DNA of 64,000 nucleotides from Macrostomum lignano (Eukaryota): NCBI GenBank assembly GCA_002269645.1, contig NIVC01001726.1, positions 149,925 to 213,924 of the forward strand, read 5' to 3'. Shown piece by piece: positions 29,956 to 48,929 of this stretch (position 1 is its first letter; each line of letters starts with the position of its first letter). The notes under the pieces were generated by a model. It saw only the letters and a program-made list of their open reading frames with translations, ran no database searches and was not told where the DNA came from. The position numbers and the translations under genes were made by a program.

Positions 29956-32900
29956 CCAAACGCCAACGCGTGAGTCATGAAGCCGGCGGTGCGCATCAGC
30001 CTGTAGGCCACCCGGTCAGGCCTCGCCGCCCACACCATGAAGCACCTGCCGTAGCAGAGGGCGCCGAAAAACGCGGCCGTGACGCAGGGAGTGCCGAACC
30101 GGGGCATCGCGTGCTGCTGCCACAGGAAGGCGTCGTCATTCTTCGGGCCGTCGCCTTCAGCGCTTTCGAGGACTGACAAAGCCGAGTCGGCCCTAAATTT
30201 AGTCTTGGACTTCTGAGAGCTGGCCACGACAAGGGTTTGCCCGCCAAAAAGTACTTTAGACAAGTAAAGGCCCTCGCAGAAGAACACGCTGGTGCCCGTG
30301 TTGCCGCCGTAGCTTTTCTGCTCCAAGTAGGCCAAGACAATCCAGTGCCGCCAGGGAAACGTATCGGACAGCAGTGCCTGCAATCTGTATGGGGGCAAAC
30401 AGGCCTCGGTTTCTAGTGGATCCCTGGCCTAACACCTGCCAGTCTATCATAACACCTGCCAGTCTGCCATAACACCTGCCAGTCTATCATAACACCTGCC
30501 AGTCTGCCATAACATCTGCCAGTCTGCCCTAACACCTTCCAGTCTATCATAACACCTGCCAGTCTGCCATAACACCTGCCAGTCTGCCATAACACCTGCC
30601 AGTCTGCCATAACACCTGCCAGTCTGCCATAACACCTGCCAGTCTATCATAACACCTGCCAGTCTGCCATAACACTCGCCAGTGTGCCATAACACTCGCC
30701 AGTCTGCTATAACACCTCCCAGTCTGCCATAACACCTGCCAGTCTGCCATAACACCTGCCAGTGTGCCATAACACCTGAAAGTCTACCATAACACCTGCC
30801 AGTCTGTCATAACACTCGCCAGTGTGCCATAACACTCGCCAGTGTGCCATAACACCTCCCAGTCTATCATAACACCTCCCAGTCTATCATAACACCTCCC
30901 AGTCTGCCATAACACTCGCCAGTGTGCCATAACACTCGCCAGTCTGCCATAACACCTCCCAGTCTATCATAACACCTGCCAGTGTGCCATAACACTCGCC
31001 AGTCTATCATAACACCTCCCAGTCTATCATAACACCCGCCAGTCTATCATAACACCTGCCAGTCTATTATAACACCTCCCAGTCTGCCATAACACCTCAC
31101 AGTCTGCCATAACACCTGCCAGTCTGCCATAACACCTGCCAGTCTATCATAACACCTGCCAGTCTGCCATAACACCTGCCAGTCTATTATAATACCTCCC
31201 AGTCTATCATAACACCTCACAGTCTGCCATAACGCCTCCCAGTCCTCCAGATCACTTTCCAATCCCCCTCAGTCTCGCCAGGTGCAGCATCAGCGGAACG
31301 AGCAGGTCAACGTCCACAAAGACTCAACGGCACAGGCTGCGCTCACCCCAGCGTTAACAACCGGCTGTCGATCCGCCCGCTATCCTTAACAAACTTCCTG
31401 ACCATCGGCTCCAGATTTGTCTCATACAGCTTCCTGATTTCTTCGCTCCATCGCTTCAAAATCTCCACGATGGACTCCATCCGCATTGACCAGGTGTGCA
31501 GCAGAGTCCTCACCAGCTTCTGCTTGTTTTGCAGCATCCCGCCCTGCTGCGAGATCATCACGGACACGATGGACAGCTCGCCGCTGCGCACCACCGTCCG
31601 CGCCATCGCCAGCAGGAAGGTCAGCGAGCCTCGCCAGTCCTTGCCGTCAGTGGAGTTGATCGCCAGCTCCAGCAGGCTGTTGGCCGACGCCTTGTCGGTG
31701 CCGGACATCGACCGCCAGATCGCCAGCAGCTCCTGCGACTCGGAGGAAATCATCTGCCGCAGGCGCGTGAGCTCGTGGGCCCGCTCGGCTGGTGGCAGAC
31801 CGATGGAGTTGTCCAGCATCCGGCTGCCCGCCATCGCTAGCAAACAGGAGCGCTCAAATTTTCTTCTCCAGACCAAATCCATGCGGTTGCTCATGTTGTT
31901 GACGGCGTCCAGATGCAGCTGGTCCAGCTTCGTGCGCGACTCGAGCAGCCGATATGACAAAGCCATTGAGGACGAGGAGTTGGAGCCGGGCATGGAGTTG
32001 AGATCGAACAGCTTTAGAACTGTCTTGCCGCCCATGAGCACCTTCTTCATTAGATAGGACAGCCTGTGCCGAGCGGAATAGCCAGTGGGACACCTTTTAT
32101 CCCGCCGTCTGTGAGCCAGAGAGCTCCCATCCGATCCCATCTGATCCTATTTGATCCCATCTGATCCCATCTGATCCCATCTGATCCCATCTGATCCCGC
32201 CTGATCCCATCTGATCCCATCCGATCCCATCCGATCCCGTCCGATCCCATCTGATCCCATCCGATCCCATCTGATCCCATCTGATCCCATCCGATCACAT
32301 CCGATCCCATCTGATCCCATCCGATCCCATCCGATCCCATCTGATCCTATCTGATCCCATTCGATCCTATCTCAGGCATCTGATCCCATCCGATCCCATC
32401 TGATCCCATCTGATCCCATCTGATCCCATCCGATCCCATCTGATCCCATCCGATCCCATCTGATCCCATCCGATCCCATCCGATCCCATCTGATCCCATC
32501 CGATCCCATCTGATCCCATCCGATCCCATCTGATCCCATCTGATCCCATCTGATCCCATCCGATCCCATCCGATCCCATCCGATCCTATCTGATCCCATC
32601 CGATCCCATCTGATCCCATCCGATCCCATCCGATCCCATCCGATCCCATCCGATCCCATCCGATCCCATCTGATCCCATCTGATCCCATCCGATCCCATC
32701 CGATCCCATCCGATCCCATCTGATCCCATCTGATCCCATCCGATCCCATCCGATCCCATCCGATCCCATCTGATCCCATCTAATCCCATCCGATCCCATC
32801 TGATCCCATCTGATCCCATCCGATCCCATCTGATTCCATCCGATCCCATCTGATCCCATCCGATCCTATCTGCTCCCATCCGATCCCATCCGATCCCATC

Positions 32901-33413
32901 CGATCCCATCCGATCCCATCTGATCCCATCCGATCCCATCCGATCCCATCTAATCCCATCCGATCCCATCTGATCCCATCTGATCCCATCCGATCCCATC
33001 TGATTCCATCCGATCCCATCTGATCCCATCCGATCCTATCTGCTCCCATCCGATCCCATCCGATCCCATCCGATCCCATCCGATCCCATCTGATCCCATC
33101 CGATCCCATCCGATCCCATCCGATCCCATCCGATCCCATCTGATCCCATCCGATCCCATCCGATCCCATCTGATCCCATCCGATCCCGCTGTCACCTCTC
33201 GGAAGAAGTTCCATCAAATTCATCCAGGTCGAGCGCGAAGGCGAGCTCCCAGTTGGCCCGGGTGACCTGGATGATGTCGCTGAGCAGCTGAGGATTCTGG
33301 CCAATTGCCGGTCCAATCAGTGGTGACGAAGCCGCCGCGGAGAGCAGGCGCAGCCAGATTACCATGGCAACTAGCGGCTGTGCTAAAAGTGCAACTCTGC
33401 CGAGTTTAAGCAT
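29952..33413 (-). CDS. Secreted 470-aa protein: helical N-region plus C-terminal domain with FPWRHWIVLAY motif (tentatively SE-cephalotoxin-like)
   Basis: Exons 33413-33196, 32108-31347, 30384-29952 (1413 nt; both introns phase 2, GT-AG). Hydrophobic N-terminus consistent with a signal peptide. The gene model is solid; the family call rests on motif recall only. Confidence 0.6.
30430..31245. repeat. 20-bp minisatellite AACACCTGCCAGTCTGCCAT (intron 2 of secreted-protein gene)
   Basis: Direct reading. Confidence 0.95.
32125..33187. repeat. 10-bp repeat (GATCCCATCY)n (intron 1 of secreted-protein gene)
   Basis: Direct reading; source of the MGSDGIGWDQ artefact ORFs. Confidence 0.97.
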
Positions 33414-33599
33414 ATTTTAGATTGCAAAACATTTTCTGCCATTCAGTCAATAAGGAAGATTAAAAGTATCTCAATTTTTATTTTGGACTTCGCAAATCCT
33501 TGCAAATGAAAATTAGTCTATGGCTCGAGGTTGCTATGCCGACAGCAAGTTAAGCAGAGTTAGTTGCGGTTAGTGCATAGCTTAATACGTGAGCTGGGG

Positions 33600-33700
33600 A
33601 AGTGCAGCTCTCGCCTGGTGGGTTGTCGTGCGATACTCCCATTGAGGGCCAGCCCCCAAGGCACAGGGAGTGCAAATGCCTGTGGCCCTGTGTACGAGTT
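33600..33700 (+). mobile_element. SINE family 2 internal fragment
   Basis: GTCGTGCGAT..CAGCCCCCAAGGCACAGGGAGTGCAAATGCCTG matches the body of the 17505-17835 element. Confidence 0.55.
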
Positions 33701-33916
33701 CATTGACACTCTATTGTTTTATAATATCCATAGCAACGGAAAAATGAGTTGATTTAATTCCACTACAAGCGGAGACAAATCTGTTTATGCGCTGCATCTT
33801 AAAAGATATTCAGTAAAACCATAAAAGCACCAAATTTTATTTTGAATTCGCGCGATAAATCCGGAACTTTTTAATGATTAAAACAAAATTTCAGCCCAGT
33901 TTAAATGAAAGCATTG

Positions 33917-38529
<4,613 letters not shown>

Positions 38530-38714
38530 TCACGCTCTTGCCCCAAATTTACTGCTCTTTCGATTAGCACAGACTTCATTGAATCCAAAAGCAAGGCTGC
38601 CTCTTATCTTTATTTACTAATACTGATAAGACAAAGTCAGAATTTACTGGGAGGGCTCTCACTGGCGAGTGCGTGGATTGAGCTGCTGCATGGCGAGCAC
38701 AGCGGGTCCTTGCG

Positions 38715-38825
38715 GTAGGGTAGCTTGCTGGCGGGTGTCTTGCTGGAGGGTAGCTTGCTGGAGGGTAGCTTGCTGGAGGGTAGCTTGCTGGAGGGTAGCT
38801 TGCTGGAGGGTAGCTTGCTGGGGGG
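38715..38825. repeat. 15-bp tandem repeat GTAGCTTGCTGGAGG
   Basis: About seven units, upstream of the glucosidase ATG. Confidence 0.9.
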
Positions 38826-38952
38826 TATCAGTGGATTCTGAGACGCTTCTTTAATCTTTTATGATCAAAAAGCCATCCAACAATTAAGTTAATCAGTACT
38901 AATTGCAACCCGCCTCACCATTCTTAAGATGTTCTCCACTGAGGGACCAGTG

Positions 38953-40954
<2,002 letters not shown>

Positions 40955-41639
40955 AGATCAGAGTGAATGATCACGTGACCATAGACAGCAAGGCCAGTTT
41001 CAAAGAGAATTTTGGCATGAACGTAGAAATACAGGCTGAAGCCATCAGATCACATGACTGACTCGTCCCCCAGTCCTACCTACGGCTGCGCACACATTGC
41101 TGAATCCTGGTCAGAAAAAGGTTAAAATAGCAGGTATCTGCTATAGCAGTAAGGATTAATTAAATTCTAAATTCTTAAGTATAAGATATAGTTTTGATGC
41201 CAGCTCGGGCCACGATGAGAAATGCAACTACCGCACGTACCTTTCTCAGAATAATTCTTCATCATCTTTTCACTGACGGTAATTTGTTAAAATATTTTAC
41301 ACGGGAAAACCTCAAAGAACTTGCAGTCTCTCTAGAAACCGGTCCGAGCAAAGTCAGTCTTTGCCAGTCGCCGCCACCTCCGCAGCAAAAATTGCTTAAT
41401 TTGCAATTTTTCTCTCAAAAAGCCGCCTGAACTCAAAGAACGGCTCGGGTTGCCCGCTTTGAGTACCACGAGAATTAAAAGGTTGAAAGCTAAAAAACAC
41501 AATAAGTCATATGGGCGCCAAGGGATTGAAGGCAAATAATCTGGTTTTCTTCTGAATCTGAAAGAATCAAATCATACTTCAAAGAATATTCGCACAGTTG
41601 CTTTTGCTTGTAGAAAACAGCTGTGATGAAGGAAGGGAA

Positions 41640-42140
41640 TGGACTGCTCTAATCTAACCTGCATCAGTGAAGGAATAGAATGGATTGCTAATCTAGCCTA
41701 CATCAGTGAAGGAATAGAATGGACTGCTAATCTAGCCTACATCAGTGAAGGAATAGAATGGATTGCTAATCTAGCCTACATCAGTGAAGGAATAGAATGG
41801 ATTGCTAATCTAGCCTACATCAGTGAAGAAATAGAATGGATTGCTAATCTAGCCTACATCAGTGAAGGAATAGAATGGATTGCTAATCTAGCCTACATCA
41901 GTGAAGGAATAGAATGGATTGCTAATCTAGCCTACATCAGTGAAGGAATAGAATGGATTGCTAATCTAGCCTACATCAATAAATGAGGGAATAGAATGGA
42001 TTGCTAATCTAGCCTACATCAATAAATGAGGGAATAGAATGGATTGCTAATCTAGCCTACATCAGGGAAGAAACAGAATGGATTGCTAATCTAGCCTACA
42101 TCAGGGAAGGAATAGAATGGATTGCTAGTCTAGTCTACTT
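41640..42140 (+). repeat. Minisatellite family A, upstream of the GPCR
   Basis: 39-bp units ([13 protein letters not shown] artefact ORF). Confidence 0.95.
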
Positions 42141-42179
42141 GCTTAAAAGCAATTTCAAGCATTAATTTTTTCTATAGAG

Positions 42180-42355
42180 TACAGTAGAATAGAATATAAA
42201 ATAATGGAATAGAATAGAATATGAGTAGAATAAAATAGAATAGAATAAAGTAGAGTACAGTAGAATAGAATATAAAATAATGGAATAGAATAGAATATGA
42301 GTAGAATAGAATAGAATAGAATAGAATAGAACAGTAATAGAGTAGAATAGAACAG
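42180..42355 (+). repeat. (AGAAT)n-like pentanucleotide repeat
   Basis: Direct reading. Confidence 0.85.
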
Positions 42356-42578
42356 GATTTACTTACTTCTACTGCAGCTGTTCATGACAAGCAGCTCAAG
42401 CCCAGCTGGGAGCTTCCTCCCAGCCAATCGAATCGCCCGGGCCAATTTTAGCACCCCGGCCCCATCACGAAATCCGCAATAAATACGGCCAGCGGCCCAG
42501 CAGCCCTCAGCCGCCGCCGGTTCCCTGATTCAATCCGATTCTCGCCGCAAAGTCAGTCAAAGCCGCTCCCAGCCCGCC

Positions 42579-43820
42579 ATGCCGCTTCTGCCGCAGTCGT
42601 TCCAGCTGGCGTACAACATCACCCTCGCCGGCGTGTTCATCATCGGCGTCTGCGGCAACGCCATGGTGCTGGCGGCCGCCCTCACGCAGAAAACTGCTCA
42701 CAAGGTTGTCAATATCTACCTGGCCAACCTGGCTGTGGCCGACATTCTCCATCTGGTGTCCGTTCCCCCTCTGATCCACCTGTCCATAGTGAACACCTGG
42801 CAGTGGGGCCGCGTTGGCTGCAAGCTCAACTACATGATGCACTACATCAACTGGACGGCCAGCATCTTCATCATCGTGGCCATGAGCTTCGACCGGTTTG
42901 TGGCGGTGGCCACCCCGGCCAGCTGGGTGAGCCGCTGCCGCAGCCGCCGGTTCGTCCGCGGCCTCCTGGCCGGCCAGTGGCTGCTCAGCGCCCTGGCCAT
43001 GTCGCCAATGCTGCTCAGCACCGAAGTCTCCGAGGCGCTGCCGCCCAACGCTACGGAGCCGATGAGGTCCTGCGGGTACAGCAGCGGACCGGCCGATGAC
43101 CCGGACAGCGCCGACCTGCACCCGGCCTGGCTGGCCATCATCAGCTTCGTGCGCGACCCGGTGAAGTTCGGCGAGTACACCTTCGTGCTCGGCTGCGTCC
43201 TGCCGGCCGCGCTGCTGGCGGTCTTCTACAGCCTCATCCTGTGCCGCCTGCGCCCGGGCCGGGCCGGCCGAAGCCCCAGCCTGCTCACGGCTCAGCGCCG
43301 CTTCGAGCGAGTCACCCGGATGGCCGTCTGCGTGGTGGCCTTCTACGCGGTCTGCTCGCTGCCGCACTGGGTGCACCTGCACGTGGTGCTGTACGTGAAG
43401 ATCCGCACGATGAAGCAGTTCCGCGTTCTGGCCGCCACCTCCCACCTCACCACGCTGTTGGGCTACGCGAACAGCGCCGGTAACCCGCTGCTGTACGCTT
43501 ACTTCAACGAACCATTCCGGGCCGGGCTCCGTCGAGTGTTCCTCGGCGAGCGCCGGGAGCGGGAGCGGCGGCAGAGGAAGCAGCGGAAGCAGCTGCTGAT
43601 GGTGACCAGCCGCCAGCGCGAACCTGCCGGCCAGGTGGACGCCGTCCCGATTGAAGCTGACGACGCCAGGGCGCCGTTGCGAGGCCCCCGTCGCTGCCAC
43701 TCGGTCGAAGACGTCGCTGCAGTGGCGGGCGTGCTGGAGACCGAGGTTGTCGTCGAGGCCGTGAAAATGTCGGAGTTGGCGACCACTCCGCCACAGAGAA
43801 CTACTCAGACTGACTGCTGA
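42579..43820 (+). CDS. Class A neuropeptide GPCR, somatostatin/allatostatin-C receptor-like, 413 aa, single coding exon
   Basis: Seven hydrophobic segments with GN (TM1), NIYLANLAVAD (TM2), W.WG..GCK, MSFDRF (DRY variant), RVTRM..CSLPHW (TM6), YANSAGNPLLYAY (NPxxY). Subfamily judged by resemblance only. Confidence 0.85.
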   Translation: MPLLPQSFQLAYNITLAGVFIIGVCGNAMVLAAALTQKTAHKVVNIYLANLAVADILHLVSVPPLIHLSIVNTWQWGRVGCKLNYMMHYINWTASIFIIVAMSFDRFVAVATPASWVSRCRSRRFVRGLLAGQWLLSALAMSPMLLSTEVSEALPPNATEPMRSCGYSSGPADDPDSADLHPAWLAIISFVRDPVKFGEYTFVLGCVLPAALLAVFYSLILCRLRPGRAGRSPSLLTAQRRFERVTRMAVCVVAFYAVCSLPHWVHLHVVLYVKIRTMKQFRVLAATSHLTTLLGYANSAGNPLLYAYFNEPFRAGLRRVFLGERRERERRQRKQRKQLLMVTSRQREPAGQVDAVPIEADDARAPLRGPRRCHSVEDVAAVAGVLETEVVVEAVKMSELATTPPQRTTQTDC

Positions 43821-44234
43821 GGTTTCTTGGCCGACACATCCTGGTTACATCTTGTCGTGAATGAGCGCCATGATTTTTTTATGAGAATTGTTACACTCTA
43901 AAAACTCTGTTATACTGAGAAACAGTAATCAATAGCTGTCGTTGATCTTGCCCTGCATTGTGTAGCTTTGTGTACCTAGAAATGTGTAGATTTGCGTAGA
44001 TGTGAAACTTGACAGAAAAAAATACAACCCGCAGTTCGATCTCTAAAGACGGCTTGATTACCGGCTTATGTTTGTTGCAATTTATTATTTATCTATGCAT
44101 AATTCAGCATCTTTTTTTACTTTTTGTTTGAAAAAATGAACTCAAAGCAATTTAAGTAAGGGTTAGGGTTACTCGTATTAAAGGGCTTTTTCTTAAAGTC
44201 AGGGGGCTGTCTGTGTCATCCGCACAGATACTAG

Positions 44235-44635
44235 ATGGGCCACTCAGCACATTTGCGTCCTAGCTACTTTTAGTTCAGTAGTAACTTGAACTGAAGCATT
44301 TTAATTTTTTTAAGACAAGGCTTATCTATTGGCTCACCCCCAGCAAATTTAGACCCTCCAACTACACACAGAACATCCACCCCCGCCCCGCCACCCAATT
44401 TTTATTACCTTCCTCAGTTGGTCCAGCCTAAATCTGCCATGTACATTCAGTGGCTAATGTACATTATGGCTGAACCAATTAGCAAGCTGTTTACGTCTGC
44501 AAGCTGGGCTTGTAAACTTATCAAAGTCGTTTCAGCTCTGCCTTTATTTTTATAAAATAGCTTATGTATTCTCCTTTGCTACTGAACTGAAAGTAGAGAG
44601 TTGTTTTGCTAAGTATATATGCCTGAGTGGCCCAT
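44235..44635. mobile_element. MITE-like element with two inverted-repeat pairs
   Basis: ATGGGCCACTCAG (44235) / CTGAGTGGCCCAT (44623) perfect 13-bp IR; inner 18-bp IR CTACTTTTAGTTCAGTAG (44264) / CTACTGAACTGAAAGTAG (44579), 1 mismatch. Confidence 0.55.
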
Positions 44636-44659
44636 TTGGTTATTCTAGTTGGCGCACTT

Positions 44660-44880
44660 TAAGCGACATTGTCACACAACCGGCGAGAGGCTTTACTGCC
44701 CATTCCGCCGACTCCCCTGAGCAGGCACATAAGCGCGCGGATACGTACGCTGTACGCAGTCATACACAGGCACACACACGGGAGTGTACAGCGGCTCTTT
44801 ACATGTATGACTTTATTTATCATTAGGCATGTACACCTCACTGTGCCTTGGTGGTTGGCCCTCAAGGGGCGCTAATTGCA
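44660..44880 (-). mobile_element. SINE family 2, diverged copy
   Basis: Shares CTGTGCCTTGGTGGTTGGCCCTC, GCATGTACAC and CCATTCCGCCGACTCCCCTGAGC with the other copies. Confidence 0.6.
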
Positions 44881-45059
44881 CGAGCAGAGCCAAGCCGAGA
44901 TTCCAATTTAGCCCCAAACTAGCAATCTTCGCCCCCCGATGGGGGACATCTGGATAGAATCTCTGTTCTCTACAAGTAACAAAAAGACAGCCAGAAAATC
45001 CTTCACAAAGACAACAGACAAACTGCTCAAATGAAGTGAATTGCAATAAGAAATCTTCC

Positions 45060-45690
45060 CAAGACCACAAGCATCCCCCAGATAGCAAGCATTCCCCAGA
45101 TAGCAAGCATCCCTCAAATAGCAAGCATCCCCCAGATAGCAAGCATCCCCCAGATAGCAAGCATCCCCCAGATAGCAAGCATCCCCCAGATAGCAAACAT
45201 CCCCCAGATAGCAAGCATCCCCCAGATAGCAAGCATTCCCCAGATAGCAAACATTCCCCAGATAGCAAGCATTCCCCAGATAGCAAGCATCCCTCAGATA
45301 GCAAGCATACCCCAAATAGCAAGCATCCCTCAGATAGCAAGCATCCCTCAGATAGCAAGCATCCCCCAGATAGCAAGCATCACTCAGATAGCAAGCATCC
45401 CTCAGATAGCAAGCATCCACCAGATAGCAAGCATCCCTCAGATAGCAAGCATCCCCCAAATTGCAAGCATCGCCCAGATAGCAAGCATCCCCCAGAAAGC
45501 AAGCATCCTCCAAATAGCAAGCATCCCCAGATAGCAAGCATCACTCAGATAGCAAGCATCCCTCAGATAGCAAGCATCCACCAGATAGCAAGCATCCCTC
45601 AGATAGCAAGCATCCCCAAATTGCAAGCATCGCCCAGATAGCAAGCATCCCCCAGAAGGCAAGCATCCCCCAAATAGCAACCATCCACCA
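45060..45690. repeat. 17-18 bp minisatellite CAGATAGCAAGCATCCCC
   Basis: Direct reading. Confidence 0.95.
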
Positions 45691-45789
45691 GACAAAAAGT
45701 AGCTAGAGCGACAATTTCCTTAGCTTTATAGTGGCTCCTTTAAATTGGCATGGCGCTTTATACCTTTACATTTGAAATTGTATATCTTG

Positions 45790-47825
45790 AATGTTTGACA
45801 TGGTGGCTCTTTTATGTTTGACATGGTGGCTCTTTATTGTTCGACATGGTGGCTCTTGTATGTTCGACATGGTGGCTCTTTTAATGGTCGACATGGTGGC
45901 TCTTTAATGTTCTTCATGTTGGCTCTTTTATGTTTGACATGCTGGCTTTTTTATGTTTGACATGGTGGCTCTTTTATGTTCGACATGGTGGCTCTTTTAT
46001 GTTCTACATGGCTGCTCTTTTATGTTCGACATGGTGGCTCTTGTATGTTCGACATGGTCGCTCTTTTGGGTTTGAAATGGTGGCTCTTTAATATTTGACA
46101 AGGTGGCCCTTTAATGTTTAACATGGTGGCTCTTTAAATTTCGAAATGGTGGCTCCTTAATTTTCGAAATGGTGGCTGTTTTATGTTTGACATGGTGGCT
46201 CTTTAATGTTCGACATGGTGGCTCTTTAATGTTCTTAATGGTGTCTGTTTTATGTTTGACATGGTGGCTCTTTATTGTTCGACATGGTGGCTCTTTAATT
46301 TTCGAAATGGTGGCTGTTTTATGTTTGACATGGTGGCTCTTTAATATTTGACAAGGTGGCCCTTTAATGTTTAACATGGTGGCTCTTTAATTTTCGAAAT
46401 GGTGGCTCCTTAATTTTCGAAATGGTGGCTCTTTTATGTTTGACATGGTGGCTCTTTAATGTTTGACATGGTGGCTCTTTAATGTTCGACATGGTGGCTC
46501 TTTAATGTTCTTAATGGTGTCTGTTTTATGTTCGACATGGTGGCTCTTTTATGTTCGACATGGTGGCTCTTTAATGTTCGACATGGTGGCTCATTTAGGT
46601 TTGAAATGGTGGCTCTTTAATGTTTGACATTGTGGCTCTTTAATATTTGACAAGGTGGCTCTTTAATGTTCGACATGGTGGCTTCTTAATTTTCGAAATG
46701 GTGGCTCCTTAATTTTCGAAATGGTGGCTGCTTTATGTTTGACATGGTGGCTCTTTAATGTTTGACATGGTAACTCTTTTATGTTTGATATGGTGGCTCT
46801 TTTATGTTCGACATGGTGGCTCTTTAATGTTCGACATGGTGGCTCCTTTAGGTTTGAAATGGTGGCTCTTTAATGTTTGACATTGTGGTTCTTTTATGTT
46901 CGACATGGTGGCTCTTTTAGGTTTGACATGGTGACTCTTAAATGTTTGACATGGTGGCTCTTTAATGTTTCACATGGTGGCTCTTTAATATTTGACATAA
47001 AGTCACATATATGTTTGACATGGTGGCTCCTAAATGTTTGACATGGTGGCTCTTTAATGTTCGACATGGTGGCTCCTTAATTTTCGAAATGGTGGCTCCT
47101 TAATTTTCGAAATGGTGGCTGCTTTATGTTTGACATGGTGGCTCTTTAATGTTTGACATGGTAACTCTTTTATGTTTGATATGGTGGCTCTTTTATGTTC
47201 GACATGGTGGCTCTTTAATGTTCGACATGGTGGCTCCTTTAGGTTTGAAATGGTGGCTCTTTAATGTTTGACATTGTGGCTCTTTTATGTTCGACATGGT
47301 GGCTCTTTTAGGTTTGACATGGTGACTCTTAAATGTTTGACATGGTGGCTCTTTAATGTTTCACATGGTGGCTCTTTAATATTTGACATAAAGTCACATA
47401 TATGTTTGACATGGTGGCTTCTAAATGTTTGACATGGTGGCTCTTTATGTTTGACATGGTGGCTCTTTTATGTTCGACATGGTGGATCTTTTTTGTTCTA
47501 CATGGTAACTCTTTTATGTTTGATACGGTGGCTTTTGAATGTCTGACATGTTGGCTCTTTTATGTTTGACATGGTGGCTCTTAATTGTTTGACATAGTGG
47601 CTCTTTAATGTTCAAAATGGTGGCTCTTTAATGTTCGAAATGGTGGCTCTTTAATGTTCGAAATGGTGGCTGTTTTATGTTTGACATGGTGGCTCTTTTA
47701 TGTTTGACATGGTGGCTCTTTAATGTTCGACATGGTAGCTCTTTAATGTTCGACATGGTAGCTCTTTTATGTTTGACATGGTAACTCTTTTATGTTCGAT
47801 ATGTTGGCTCTTCTATGTTTGACAT
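45790..47825. repeat. 22-23 bp minisatellite GACATGGTGGCTCTTTAATGTTC with internal block duplication
   Basis: Direct reading; unique marker GACATAAAGTCACATATATG at ~46995 and ~47385. Confidence 0.95.
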
Positions 47826-47884
47826 TGCGCTTCTTTGATGTTTAGCAGTTTTGTTGTGTTTTTAAGGTGTTTTAATAAAAAAAT

Positions 47885-47960
47885 CTTTTTGCACTACTAT
47901 GATTCGAACCCAGGTCGCTACATTAGCATTCCAGTCTGTTCGCATCAGGGCTATCTCTTT
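47885..47960 (-). other. Degenerate tRNA-like / SINE head remnant
   Basis: B-box GGGTTCGAATC on the minus strand; no clean cloverleaf. Confidence 0.3.
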
Positions 47961-48059
47961 TCAATTGGAGAACATGAATTGTGGCCCTTATAATTCAATT
48001 CTTACAGCAAGTCAATTGGAGTAAAAAGTTATGACATAATCAATTTCTCAGTCAGCCAG

Positions 48060-48440
48060 TATCAGTCTCAATTTAAGTTAGCAATATGGTTACGCAATTT
48101 AAATCAAGTCGTGTGTGCATTTCTTCGGTACTGTTTTCAACTTGTTGTGATGCAATCTTTATCACAATCGGAATTCAGTCAGTCAGTTTTTTCTCTAGCA
48201 TTCTTACAATGCATTTCAGGTCGAAAGAGCTGCTTGACCTTTGCAAAAAAGCATGTTTTTCGAATATTTAATCCCTTTAAAATTGAGCAATTTCTTAGCC
48301 AAGATGCATGTACCGTCCCAGGAAAATTTCTGATCGAATAATGCAAGTTTGAAGAAAATCGGTTGAGCCATTTTTTCTGAAATCTATCGCATACCTACCT
48401 ACCTACCTACCCACAGACAACTCATTTTTAGTATATAGGA
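48060..48440 (+). mobile_element. Helentron/DINE-1-like non-autonomous element (HINE) remnant
   Basis: AAGTTTGAAGAAAATCGGTTGAGCCATTTT followed by (CCTA)n and TTTTAGTATATAG, the layout of DINE-1/Lep1-type elements; 5' boundary uncertain. Confidence 0.45.
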
Positions 48441-48929
48441 ATTAATGCGACTGCACTAGCAATCGAGCCTGGGCTTGGAATCAAACTGCGCCCGCTTGTT
48501 GCCATTGCAAGCCAGAGCTCTTAGATTCAAACTACTGAAATGCCAATGCTTAATTTGGCATCCAAGTCGGCCAAAAACAATGCATAAAATTATCCCCATA
48601 AAGCTTCGCGTGACCTGTCTCCAAGTAAAGAAGACTCCGGTCACGGATTGAGTCTTATAAGCAGGCCATACTAGACAATACTTTTATCACGAAGCCCATC
48701 AATGGCTGCTCTAGGCTCAGTTTCCATTCGGATGTCGCGTCTCCATCAAATAAGAAAACGCCCTGCGGGTGGGTCCGGATTGAGAGGATTAAATTACTCT
48801 TTTCTTGCTTCTAGCACATTAGAGAACGATATGAACAAGAGAACGCATATAAATGGACAATTCTTCAGTTTTTCTGTCACTTATTCAATTCAGTTGATGG
48901 TAATCATGAATAGTCAGCTCCTCATTTCC

